Positions 23,901-33,648 of a DNA stretch of 64,000 nt are shown piece by piece (the stretch's first letter is position 1; each line of letters begins with the position of its first letter). This stretch comes from Iphione sp. A-MEVVRFRX5 (lineage: Eukaryota), in assembly GCA_976226885.1 (NCBI GenBank), contig OZ320317.1, positions 60,202,001 to 60,266,000 of the forward strand, given 5' to 3'. The notes under the pieces were generated by a model. It worked only from the letters and a program-made list of their open reading frames with translations, had not been told where the DNA came from and did not search any database. The position numbers and the translations under genes were made by a program.

Positions 23901-26517
23901 CAGACACGTTACATCAAAATGTTTCAGTGGTTGGACTGGAGAGCTAGCTATGATGGAGTGACTATTGCTCATAAACTCAATAGAGGATATGAGAAAAGGA
24001 TTGGGCCATATTGTGTGGATGGATTTTGTTCTGAAACAAATACTGTATATGAGGTGAATATGATACACAGGTCTTACATATATTATTTTTTCTGAATATT
24101 TTAGTTAGTAATGAAATGATTGTTAAAACTACATAAATTCATATATTTCTTTATTCAGTTTCAGGGTTGCTATTTTCATGGTTGTGAGAAATGTCAAAAA
24201 GACAGAATGACTGAAGTGGAACGTCTTAAACGCTTCGAACGCACTAAACAGAGGAGTGCTTATATCACTGCATTGGGTTATAACTTAGTTGAGATCTGGG
24301 AGTGTGATTTTGATCTGTTATGCCTTTCTGAACCTGCGCTGAGAGCTGTGGATGTCTTACCACCCTTTTCGAGGATTCACTCTGGAGAATTAACGAAGGA
24401 GGATATCATTCAGGCTGTAATCAGCAGAGAATTATTTGGTGTTGTGGAAGTAGATATTCAGGTTCCTGAGCAATGGCCAGTGGGATTTGAAAGAACCTGT
24501 GGTCCTAAAGAATATTTTGAGGAAATGTCTCCTCTGTTTTGTACATCAGAGATTCCCTTTGAGAAGATGGGAGAACATATGCAGACTCATGTGAGAGAAC
24601 ATGATCTATCCCAGGTATGAATATTACATAGTTATATAATTAATCTTGAAGAAATTATATGCTGGCTGAAAGCTTTCAATATGTGGTTCTTTTTTCAGAA
24701 ACCTAGGAAACTTTTGCTCAATGGAATGAAAGCTGAGAAAATTCTGTTAGCCACTCCTTTATTGCAATGGTATTTACAACACGGTATGGAGGTAACTCGC
24801 GTCTACCAGCTGATTGAATTTTCCAGGAAGAAATGTTTTGCTTCATTCAAGGATGAAGTTACAGATGCTAGAAGAATGGGGGATATAGATTCCTCCAAAG
24901 CCATTATAGCGGATACTATGAAGCTAATCGGTATGTGTGGGAAAGGTTTTAGAGTTCAGTTAGAGAGTTATATTTAATATAGATATAGAAGTTTAGAGAT
25001 ATTTGGTTTTGACAGTATTTCTTTTTTTATCAAATTACTGAAGAGCACTCATTCCTTATTTCAGGAAATAGCGCCTATGGTTCACTTATAATGGACAAAG
25101 AAAAACATCAGAATGTTAGCTATATTACTGGAAAGAGGAAGGCTTGTTTGGCTGCCAATGAGATATATTATCGTAAAATGAGTGAACTGGATGGTGATCT
25201 ATTTGAGGTGGAATCCGTCAAAAGGAAGATAATTTTAAATCTTCCTATTTACCTGGGCTACTTTATTCTTCAATATGCCAAGCTGCATATGTTGAGATGG
25301 TATTATGATTGTTTGGATGTTCTGGTGGATCGCTCAGACTTCGAATATATTGAAATGGATACAGGTATGTAGCATAGATCTAATAAAACCATAGCTGAGG
25401 AAGATATATTTTGTTGTATTTACATCTTTATTACTTTATTCTTTCAGATTCTGCATATTTTGCTATTTCCGGGGATAATTTTGAATCTGTGATAAAAGAA
25501 GACAAGAGGGAGCACTATTTCAGTGAGGTGAATGGTTCGTGCTCTTCATCATTATCATCTCTGCTAGAGGCTGGTAGATGGTTTCCACGTGATTGTTGCA
25601 ATGAACATCGTATCTATGATAAGAGAACTCCTGGACTCTTCAAATTAGAAGCCTCAGGTAGCGAAATGATTGCTTTGTGTAGTAAAACTTACATTCTTAA
25701 AACAAATGATGATTACAAACTGAGTTGTAAAGGTATTAACAAGAACAGCTTAGAAGATCCAATGGAAAAGTTCTGCTCTGTACTGAAAACAGGTCAGTCA
25801 GCATCTAGCCTTAATAGAGGGTTTCGTGCAAGAGGTAATACCATATTTACATATCAGCAGAGTAGAGCTGGATTATCTTACTTTTATTGTAAGAGGGAAG
25901 TGTTAGCTGATGGGATTTCCACAAAACCGTTAGATGTAGTATTAAGCCCTTGGCATATTCCACAGTATTTTATTTTCAAGGGAAAAGCAAATCCATTATC
26001 ACCTGATTTTCCATCGAGAATGTATATCTTCAATCAGGTCTTTGATAGTGCACGTGATGCTTACAATCATCAGCTGAAAATAATGAATCATGTAACAGGG
26101 GCTTTTATAAATGAAAAGAGACTGAAACTAACAGAAGTGTGGTTGGAAAAGCGTATTTCCTTAATGAGGGAAATTATTCTGGAAAAAATGAGGATCAGTG
26201 AAGAGGTTCGGCGATCATTAAGGAGAAGCGAGGACTTGGTTCTAGTATATTCTGTTTCAGATAACTATTGGGGAGCAGGCATGAATCAGCGGTTAGTTTC
26301 ACTATCGACCAGCTTTCGCGGGAGTAATATGTTGGGAAAATTGTGGGAAGAAGTACGAGAATTGCATGTAGAGGAAATACACAAGTCCTATCTGTTACGC
26401 TGTTACCACTGTAATTCTAAGAAACCTGATGTTAGGTTCCGAAGGGAATCTGAGAAAGATTTATGTGAGCAGTGCAATAAAAAAAATGAAATGTACCTCT
26501 TTTTGATTTTCTTCTAA
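20908..26517 (+). CDS. polB: Protein-primed family B DNA polymerase, 7 exons, ~1674 aa, with C-terminal NADAR-like domain and C4 zinc ribbon
   Basis: Exons 20908-21069, 21153-21308, 21405-24053, 24159-24614, 24699-24930, 25065-25364, 25448-26517 total 5025 nt; all junctions are GT-AG and in phase. Motifs: ExoI VFDFEA, ExoII GFNSSNYD, ExoIII YNNKDV, PolA FDANALY, PolB KLIG|NSAYG, PolC EMDT|DS. Two zinc fingers and a YE|FQGCYFHGC nuclease-like insert are also present. Confidence 0.93.
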
Positions 26518-26572
26518 TGTATAAATTGCTCAGCCGAAGGATTTCTTTTCAGTTTGAAATATATTTTGAAAG

Positions 26573-27197
26573 ATGTATGAACTTCCTGAGTATGTATTTC
26601 AATGTCCTACAACAATCACTATTAGTGGTTCAACAGGATCTGGTAAAACTTCATGGGTAAAAAAGCTATTATGTAATCCTAGTCTGTTTAGCTTACCACC
26701 CAGTAGAATAATATACTGCTATGGAACCTGGCAGGATGCTTTTGATGATATGAAGAATGTTGAATTTCGAGAGGGGTTGGATATTCCTATGGACACAAAT
26801 GGAGAACATATTGTTCTCATTTTGGATGATCTGATGAATGAAGTTATCAAGTCTCCATCAGCTGAATTGTTGTTTACTAGAGGATCTCATCATAAGAATA
26901 TAACTGTAATTTTTATCGTTCAAAACTTATTTCAGCAGGGAAAGTCTGCACGGAGTATAATGCTTAATACACATTACATGGTTCTCATGCAGAACCCACG
27001 TGATATTCAACAAATCAGAGTGCTTGCCAGACAGTTGGGGATGGAAAACTGTCTCGATCTTTCTTATAAGTTCTTATATGTTAGTGCCCTATGGTTATTT
27101 ATTGGTTGATCTTTCACCGCATAACATCAGAGATTTGAAACTCAAAACTGCAATATTTCCTGGAGAGACTACCATTGTCTATCTACCCAAGTACTGA
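26573..27197 (+). CDS. A32/FtsK-like packaging ATPase with an apparent +1 frameshift near 27086
   Basis: Walker A GSTGSGKT, Walker B LILDDL, GSHHKN, VQNLF..G..ARSI.LN. The conserved C-terminus PYGYLLVDL...IFPGE is in the next frame. Confidence 0.88.
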
Positions 27198-27199
27198 GA

Positions 27200-27622
27200 A
27201 TGAGATTTCCGAAATTCGTAGATGAAGATGTACGTCAGCAGACCTTTGCAGGCTGGAAGCATAGCTTGGACTCAAAGCAAATGGTTGATTGTGGATTCTT
27301 CTATTTAGGAGGACTTGATTCAGTGCAATGCTTTCACTGCGGTGTGCAACTACATTCATGGGATGAAAAAGACAATCCTCTCATAGAACATTTGAAATTT
27401 GCTCCTCACTGTGAATATATATGCAAGAAAGCTCATGTAATTTCATCACTATCAATGGAAATTATGCTAGAAGTCTTGCAACAATCTAAGAAATTACAAC
27501 TGAGAATAGCTGAATTAGAGCAAAAAGTTCATATGAACAATACAGCTGTAGATGAAGTGGATAATACTTTCAGTCTTTTTTCCAACAATAAGAGTAATGT
27601 AGCCAGAGCTGCTGTGCTTTGA
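27200..27622 (+). CDS. Single-BIR inhibitor-of-apoptosis-like protein with a C-terminal coiled coil
   Basis: R..TF..W, GFFY.G..DSVQCFHC...L.SW...DNP..EH.KF.P.C, giving the C-x2-C-x16-H-x6-C zinc ligands. No RING domain. Confidence 0.9.
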   Translation: MRFPKFVDEDVRQQTFAGWKHSLDSKQMVDCGFFYLGGLDSVQCFHCGVQLHSWDEKDNPLIEHLKFAPHCEYICKKAHVISSLSMEIMLEVLQQSKKLQLRIAELEQKVHMNNTAVDEVDNTFSLFSNNKSNVARAAVL

Positions 27623-27721
27623 GGTTAGTTCAACATTATCCTAAGTTGGTTATGAATACCTCAGCAGTCGAAATAGCTGAGCATTTACACTTTAGATACC
27701 GATAGAGATGGAGCTAAGTTT

Positions 27722-28048
27722 GTGGAAAAAATGTCACAGAAACTTAGATCTTCAGCAGACTTTTTCCGGTTATTAATGAATACTGAAAAGGAACAAGCAC
27801 TACAGCTATTGAATTCTATTACTGCTCTACAGACGCTTGCTCTGAGTGAAATAGCTTTGAACCTTACTATTTTACCTCTTTCTCAGAAAACCAAGAAACT
27901 TTTAACTCGATACAAGAGGTTGGTTTCTCTTCTGAGTAAGAAGACTAAATCCATCACAGCTAAAAGAAGTGCTATAAAGAAAAACCGTCGTACTATTCTC
28001 AATATTTTACAAAGTATTAAGCCTGAATTATTGGAATTGGTAAAATGA
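27722..28048 (+). CDS. Basic helical protein resembling a small gene commonly found in Maverick core blocks
   Basis: 108 aa, Lys/Leu-rich (LSEIALN, KKLL..YK.LV.LL.KK). Its stop overlaps the next start (ATGA). Confidence 0.7.
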   Translation: MEKMSQKLRSSADFFRLLMNTEKEQALQLLNSITALQTLALSEIALNLTILPLSQKTKKLLTRYKRLVSLLSKKTKSITAKRSAIKKNRRTILNILQSIKPELLELVK

Positions 28049-28512
28049 AAAAGATGGTACTAATTCCATTTGATCAGTTCTCTCGAAATAAGTTAAATTC
28101 ATCTCAAGAACCAACTGTTTCAATTAACAAGCTCGACACTGATCTAGTGTTACTTCCTTTTGGAAAACAACAAAGGAAAGCAGCTGAGGCTCTTTTAGGA
28201 TATGTGGAAAGGAACATGGACTGGAATAGGAATGGTGAAATCATCATTGATGGTGTGGTTGTTACTGGTAGCCATATCACAGATCTGTTGAAGGATGCCC
28301 TATTCAACTATAGGAACTTTGAACCTGTGGGCTATAAGGAATTTTATCAACATCTTCGTGAAATCCCACTTACATTGATCAGGAATCCCAAACGTCGAGT
28401 TCTGATAGGACGTGGACAATTACCACCGCCTGGAATACCAGTTGAGCAAACTCCTATTGACATCACAAAAGACAACAAAAAAGACTGGAAAACTAACTGG
28501 AAAACATTATGA
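28045..28512 (+). CDS. Maverick hypothetical protein upstream of the integrase
   Basis: 155 aa with W...GE..IDG..V.GSHI.DL and P.G..EF...L..IP..LI.N, recalled as typical of the Maverick gene preceding the integrase. Confidence 0.75.
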   Translation: MKKMVLIPFDQFSRNKLNSSQEPTVSINKLDTDLVLLPFGKQQRKAAEALLGYVERNMDWNRNGEIIIDGVVVTGSHITDLLKDALFNYRNFEPVGYKEFYQHLREIPLTLIRNPKRRVLIGRGQLPPPGIPVEQTPIDITKDNKKDWKTNWKTL

Positions 28513-29606
28513 GTAAAGAGTTAAGTAATATATATTTTGATCCCTCACGATCATCTTCATTCGGTGGGATTAATAAACTATATCAGGAGGCCAAGACTCT
28601 GGGATATAAGAAGAAGGATGTAGAGAACTGGCTTCAACAACAAGATGTCTACACCTTACATAGACGACTTAATCGGAACGTTAAAAGACCGAGGGTAGTA
28701 GTATCCTCAAAAGATCAACAGTGGGATGCGGATACTATGAACATGGTCTCTTTTGCTGAAGAAAATGATGGTTATAGTTATGTTCTAGTATTAATTGATA
28801 TATTTACTCGCTTTGTTTGGACTGTTCCTCTAAAAAAGCTGACAGGTAAAGAAATGGTCGATGCTTTAAAGCAGGTTTTTCCTCAGCACAAACCTAAAAA
28901 ATTAAGAACGGATTCAGGCTCCGAATTTGTTAATAAGGTTGTGAAAAAATATTTGCAGGAAGAAAATGTGTATCATTTTACTACAACTAATCTTGTGAAA
29001 GCTAATTACGCTGAAAGGGTAATTAAGTCTTTGAAAACAAAATTGGTTCGATATATGCATCAGACTCAATCCCATCATTGGCTTGATGTTTTAGCTAAAA
29101 TAACTGATGCATATAACATCACAAAACATAGCTCAATTAAAATGACACCTACACAGGCTAGATCTGTGAATCCTATTATCCTCTGGAAAAATCAATTTAA
29201 AGAGAAAAACCCTAGGATAAGGAAATCTAAACCTAAATCAAAACCAAAACCTGTGTATAAATTTAATATTGATGACCGTGTTCGTCTTGCACGCTATAGA
29301 ACCCCCTTTGAACGAGCTTATGATGAGAAATGGACACATGAAATATTTACTGTTACTAATAGAGCATTACAGCAAGGGATTTCACAATATACTATAAAAT
29401 CCTGGGATAATGAACCTGTGATAGGAAAGTTTTATGAAGAAGAGCTAGAGAAGGTTATTGTTAATGAGGATACTGAGTTTAAAATAGAACGTATTGTAAA
29501 GAAAAAGAAGATGAATGGACAAAATGGTTACGTTGTAAAGTGGTATGGTTGGCCGGAGAAGTATAATTCCTGGGTTCCTATTAGTGATGTCAAAAAGCTT
29601 AAATAG
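28509..29606 (+). CDS. int: Retroviral-like DDE integrase with C-terminal chromodomain
   Basis: QQWDAD (D), LRTDSGSEF (D), NYAERVIK (E). The C-terminal FKIERIVKKKK...YVVKWYGWPEKYNSWVP is a chromodomain. Confidence 0.95.
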   Translation: MSKELSNIYFDPSRSSSFGGINKLYQEAKTLGYKKKDVENWLQQQDVYTLHRRLNRNVKRPRVVVSSKDQQWDADTMNMVSFAEENDGYSYVLVLIDIFTRFVWTVPLKKLTGKEMVDALKQVFPQHKPKKLRTDSGSEFVNKVVKKYLQEENVYHFTTTNLVKANYAERVIKSLKTKLVRYMHQTQSHHWLDVLAKITDAYNITKHSSIKMTPTQARSVNPIILWKNQFKEKNPRIRKSKPKSKPKPVYKFNIDDRVRLARYRTPFERAYDEKWTHEIFTVTNRALQQGISQYTIKSWDNEPVIGKFYEEELEKVIVNEDTEFKIERIVKKKKMNGQNGYVVKWYGWPEKYNSWVPISDVKKLK

Positions 29607-29666
29607 TTCAACTCTTCTCATGTTCATCATTCTGTGTTTTGATTTCAAGCTGTAACAACAAGTAGG

Positions 29667-30050
29667 ATGTATCTCTTTATTAAGCAGAATGATTCTGAGC
29701 TGTTCTATCCTAAAAACACCAGTAGTGATTTCATAGTTGAACTACCACATTCATTAAAATTAAAAGGGGATTGGAGCTGTGCTCTTGTAGAATGTAATAT
29801 AGATAATCCTTCTTCTAAGGAATTATATATTTATTCCGATTTAATAGCATCAAGTGTTGTAAAAGGGAAAACAGCTCCCATTCTCAGAGTAACCAGTGAG
29901 AATGGTGAATTTGTGAATCCATATTACATACCAGTGATTAAGGATTATGTCTTTAGGTTCCGTGTTTGGATTAGAACAGTGGATGGAAAGCTATTTGAAC
30001 AAGATCTTGAAAATTGTCGCCTTGTCTTACATCTTAAAAAGGAGAGCTAA
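29667..30050 (+). CDS. Minor capsid protein (penton, single jelly roll), very compact
   Basis: 127 aa with F.VELP..L.L.G.W.CALVE, LYIYSD.I...V.G...PILR and NPYYIPV. Confidence 0.8.
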   Translation: MYLFIKQNDSELFYPKNTSSDFIVELPHSLKLKGDWSCALVECNIDNPSSKELYIYSDLIASSVVKGKTAPILRVTSENGEFVNPYYIPVIKDYVFRFRVWIRTVDGKLFEQDLENCRLVLHLKKES

Positions 30051-30099
30051 CTCCACTTAGAGTCATTTCAAATCAGACAAGCTAAGAGTCACAAGCAGC

Positions 30100-30471
30100 A
30101 TGAGCTTCATTCCCTATGTTCCAGACTTAGAAGCTTGGAAACAAGTTCCTAACCAAAAGGATAGTAAACCTTTCTATGTTCTTCAGAAGGGAAAGGGAAG
30201 TGATATTAAATTGGTTAGTCCTCAAGAGGGAGTCATTGAGAGAGCAAAGTATAAACTAAGTCGTCAGATAAAAACAACACAACCAAGAACACGTACTCAG
30301 TCGAGATCTAGGAAACGAAGGAGAGGGAACAAGAAGAAATCTATATCTGTATCTCATAAGAAGGTAAAGAGAAAGACAAAGACAAAGACAAAGACAAAGA
30401 AAACCAGTCTGAAAAGAAAACCAACCAAAACATCTAAAAGGAAATCTGGTAGTAAGAGAAGAGGACGATGA
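30100..30471 (+). CDS. Highly basic putative DNA-condensing core protein
   Basis: The C-terminal half is very K/R/S/T-rich, including a KTKTKTK repeat. An LQKGKG motif resembles an adenain cleavage site. The gene sits directly before the major capsid gene. Confidence 0.75.
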   Translation: MSFIPYVPDLEAWKQVPNQKDSKPFYVLQKGKGSDIKLVSPQEGVIERAKYKLSRQIKTTQPRTRTQSRSRKRRRGNKKKSISVSHKKVKRKTKTKTKTKKTSLKRKPTKTSKRKSGSKRRGR

Positions 30472-31799
30472 GTTATATACTGAGTAATGCACAAGAGGGT
30501 TTTGATGATCGCTTAGCCCTCTTCAATATTCCACCTGTAGAAACCGCAGTTCAAGAAATATATTATAAGGATTATCGTCCCATTGGTCAGATTGCTTCTG
30601 ATTCTACTTTGGAATTTGATGTGAGCAATAATTCACCTGATTATATTGTTTTGAATGAAATTTCATTGATAACAACGATTCAATTACACACTGACCAAGA
30701 TAAGCCAATCACCACAGCTCATGATGTGACTCTCATTAATTTTGCCGCTGCTACAATGTTCAGACAACAAGATTTTTATATTCAACAACAGCTAGTTACT
30801 AGCACTATAGGTGCTAACTTTCCTTATAAGGTAATGATAGATGGTTTGCTTGGACAAGGTTTAAATGATCAACTTAGTTGGATGTCTGTAGCCGGCTATA
30901 TGAAAGACACCGCCCTGCTTATGGACGATCATGAAGGAAAATCTAGTGGAAATACAGGTTTAACAGACAGATTTGATAAGACTAAAGCAGGAAAAAAGCC
31001 TGTATTCAAAACAAGACTCTTTATGGATATCTGTCAGCAGAAAAAAATGTTGTTAAACGGCTTACCTTTAAGTATTAAACTATATCCGAGCACAGAGAAA
31101 TTTAGACTGCTCTACAAAACTCAACCAACTACTGCACCTGCTACTACACCAAAGTCCTATAAAGTAAAATTACTAGATGCAAAATTACTTGTTCCTTTTG
31201 CCCGAATTCATCCTGGAATGATCATGGCACAGGGTGACATGTTGAAAAAGGAAATGGCATTGTATCCTTTTACTAGAAGCGAGATAAAGTCCTATAATAT
31301 TCCTAAAGGTAGTTTAAACTGGAGTATGGATAATCTTTTTCAAGATATAATTCCCAAGCGTTTGGTTATGGGTTTCGTTTTAGCAAGTGCTTATACTGGT
31401 GAAAACGAAAAAAATCCTTTTAATTTTCAACACTTTGATGTATACTATCTCGACTTCCAAGTTAATGGGCAGAGTAGTGGAGGTCAAATCCTACAACCAG
31501 ACTACAAAAATCATAATTATGTTTCTGCTTTTGTCAGACTATTTGAGAGTATGCCTCCTGATCAGACAGAACCACCAAATATTACCTATTTAGATTTTAG
31601 AGGGGGATATTGTTTATATGTCTTTGATTTAGAAAAGGGAAAGGATTCTACATATTCAATCCCATTACGAAAGGGTCAAACAAGGCTCTCTGTGAAATTT
31701 GCTAAAGCTCTACCCGAACCCGTTTCAATAATTGTGTATGGAAGTTTTGAGGCTCTTATGAAAGTAGATCAAGCAAGAAATGTTATAATCGAGACCTGA
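30468..31799 (+). CDS. Major capsid protein (double jelly roll)
   Basis: 443 aa with L.LF..PPV...V.E, YIVLN...L, P.R...GFV...AY.G....NPFNFQHF, F..GYCLY.FDL and L.VD..RNV. Confidence 0.92.
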   Translation: MSYILSNAQEGFDDRLALFNIPPVETAVQEIYYKDYRPIGQIASDSTLEFDVSNNSPDYIVLNEISLITTIQLHTDQDKPITTAHDVTLINFAAATMFRQQDFYIQQQLVTSTIGANFPYKVMIDGLLGQGLNDQLSWMSVAGYMKDTALLMDDHEGKSSGNTGLTDRFDKTKAGKKPVFKTRLFMDICQQKKMLLNGLPLSIKLYPSTEKFRLLYKTQPTTAPATTPKSYKVKLLDAKLLVPFARIHPGMIMAQGDMLKKEMALYPFTRSEIKSYNIPKGSLNWSMDNLFQDIIPKRLVMGFVLASAYTGENEKNPFNFQHFDVYYLDFQVNGQSSGGQILQPDYKNHNYVSAFVRLFESMPPDQTEPPNITYLDFRGGYCLYVFDLEKGKDSTYSIPLRKGQTRLSVKFAKALPEPVSIIVYGSFEALMKVDQARNVIIET

Positions 31800-32260
31800 T
31801 GCTCATAAAAATGGTTGTACAGGTACAAAACTCACATTCAGCAATGAACAGTGAACAGATAACTAAATATCTTCTATCAGATACCCATACTTCTAAATAT
31901 TTTAAGGGTGTATTAGCCTATGATGAGATGCCTGAAGAAATTACCTATCCATGTTTGTTCGTTGTTAACACAGATCCATCATTCCGACCAGGAAATCATT
32001 GGGTCTGTGTCTTCTGCGCGGATGTTAATGAATACTTTGATTCTTTAGGGTTTCCACCACTAGAGTTAGAACATTTCCTTTCAAAACAAAGAAAAAATTA
32101 TAAATATAATACTAAAATATTACAGGGTAGCAAAAGTGATGTCTGTGGAGATTATTGTGTTCTCTTTGCTTATTTTCGCTGTAGAGGTTATAGCATGGAA
32201 TATTTTTTATCCCTATTTAGCTCGGATTTAGATTACAATGATAAAATAGTTGAATTATGA
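31799..32260 (+). CDS. Adenain-like cysteine maturation protease
   Basis: VVNTDP...PGNHW (His), EYFDSLG (Asp), LQ.....VCG.YC (Gln, Cys). The real start may be MNSEQI at 31844. Confidence 0.92.
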   Translation: MLIKMVVQVQNSHSAMNSEQITKYLLSDTHTSKYFKGVLAYDEMPEEITYPCLFVVNTDPSFRPGNHWVCVFCADVNEYFDSLGFPPLELEHFLSKQRKNYKYNTKILQGSKSDVCGDYCVLFAYFRCRGYSMEYFLSLFSSDLDYNDKIVEL

Positions 32261-32478
32261 TAAACTTAGAATGAATAGTATCATTATACAACATGTATTC
32301 ATTAGAAATAAAAAAGAAATGTATCCAGCAAAATACTTGTTTATTATATATTCTGTTGAAATCTCTTGAATTCTCACAACCTTTATATGAGGCAAAAAAA
32401 AGTAAAAGAAGCTTTTTGAATGAAATACGCAGGTGATATATATATATATACCTGTGCTCAAAGCAACTGAACGATAAA

Positions 32479-33600
32479 TAATCTTGACTCAGCAAGAGGT
32501 AAATATACTATGGTTATCTTAAACACTCTTTGACTTCAACATAGCTTCATCATGGATCTCGCCTTATTTTTTGTTACGTCTGTGTCATACATTTTAAAAT
32601 GGAATCAAACCAACTACACGAGAGATAATCTTAACTCAGCAAAATGCAAACATACTATGGTTAATATTAAACAGTCTTTGACTTCAACATAGCTTCATCA
32701 TATAACTCACAAAAGAAAACTATATGAGTTTATTCCCCACTTACACATCTCTTTTCAAGAGATAAATATTTATGTAATGAACCTGGCTAACTAGCTGGTT
32801 TTTAACAAGAGAACACATTGTATGAGCCCCATACTTCAAGCTCTACTACTCCTTGGAGGATAATCTACAAGTAAATATTAAAAAAGGGAACACACACTTA
32901 GCAATATATCCACGCTTAACTAGCGAGCCCTGAACCCAACTAACTAGCTAGGTTCTAACAAGAGAACATACGATATGACTGTCACGCTTTAAGCTTGTCT
33001 ACTCCTTTGAGTAGTACAGTAAATTCTTTTTTAAAAGTCTAGGACAGTAATAATAATAGCTGTGCCCAGCTAGCTAGTAGATTATAAAAGGTCTACACGA
33101 GTTCCTTGAGTAAATATCTTGAAAAAGAGAAGACACTCGACATTATCATCACGCTTAACTAGTGAGCCCAGAACCCATCTAACTAGATGGATTCTAACAA
33201 GAGAACATACTGTATGACTGTCACGCTTTAAGGTCTACTCCTTTGAGGAGTACCTCTTTTGATATAAAATATATGTGTGAGCACCACGCTTTAAGGTTTA
33301 CTCAGCTGAGACCCAGCTAGCCAGCTAGCAAACTAATTGCTAGATCTATGTATGTATGTATGACTAACATGCTTCAAGGTCTGTTTAGTTGTCCTTGAGC
33401 AATATTTTCTATATAAGAATGAGCACCACGGTTTAAGGTCGACTCCTTTGAGCAATATCTCTTTTGATATAAAATATATGTGTGAGCACCACGCTTTAAG
33501 TTTTACTCAGCTGAGCCCAGCCAGCCAGCCAGCCAGCTAGCTAGTTAGCTAAAACCTTATAAAAAGTCTACAGCAGTTCTTTAAGTAAATATCTTGAACA
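32479..33600. repeat. Non-coding mosaic of nested imperfect direct repeats inside the Maverick
   Basis: Paired blocks: ~32479-32551 with ~32626-32701, ~32911-32992 with ~33149-33232, and ~33255-33310 with ~33458-33513. CACGCTT(T)AAG and (A)GCTAGCT motifs recur. Confidence 0.85.
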
Positions 33601-33648
33601 TGAGAAGATGGATTCTCCTATGCAAACCTGTAAAGGTTTCGAGCTAAA

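Noticed and set aside
20908-26517. polB as a frameshifted pseudogene in several ORF pieces
   Set aside because: Every break is bounded by GT...AG with a pyrimidine tract, and splicing restores the frame and the catalytic motifs exactly.
27070-27084. GT...AG micro-intron repairing the ATPase frameshift
   Set aside because: It is only 15 nt long and a multiple of 3, so it cannot be spliced normally and would not change the frame.
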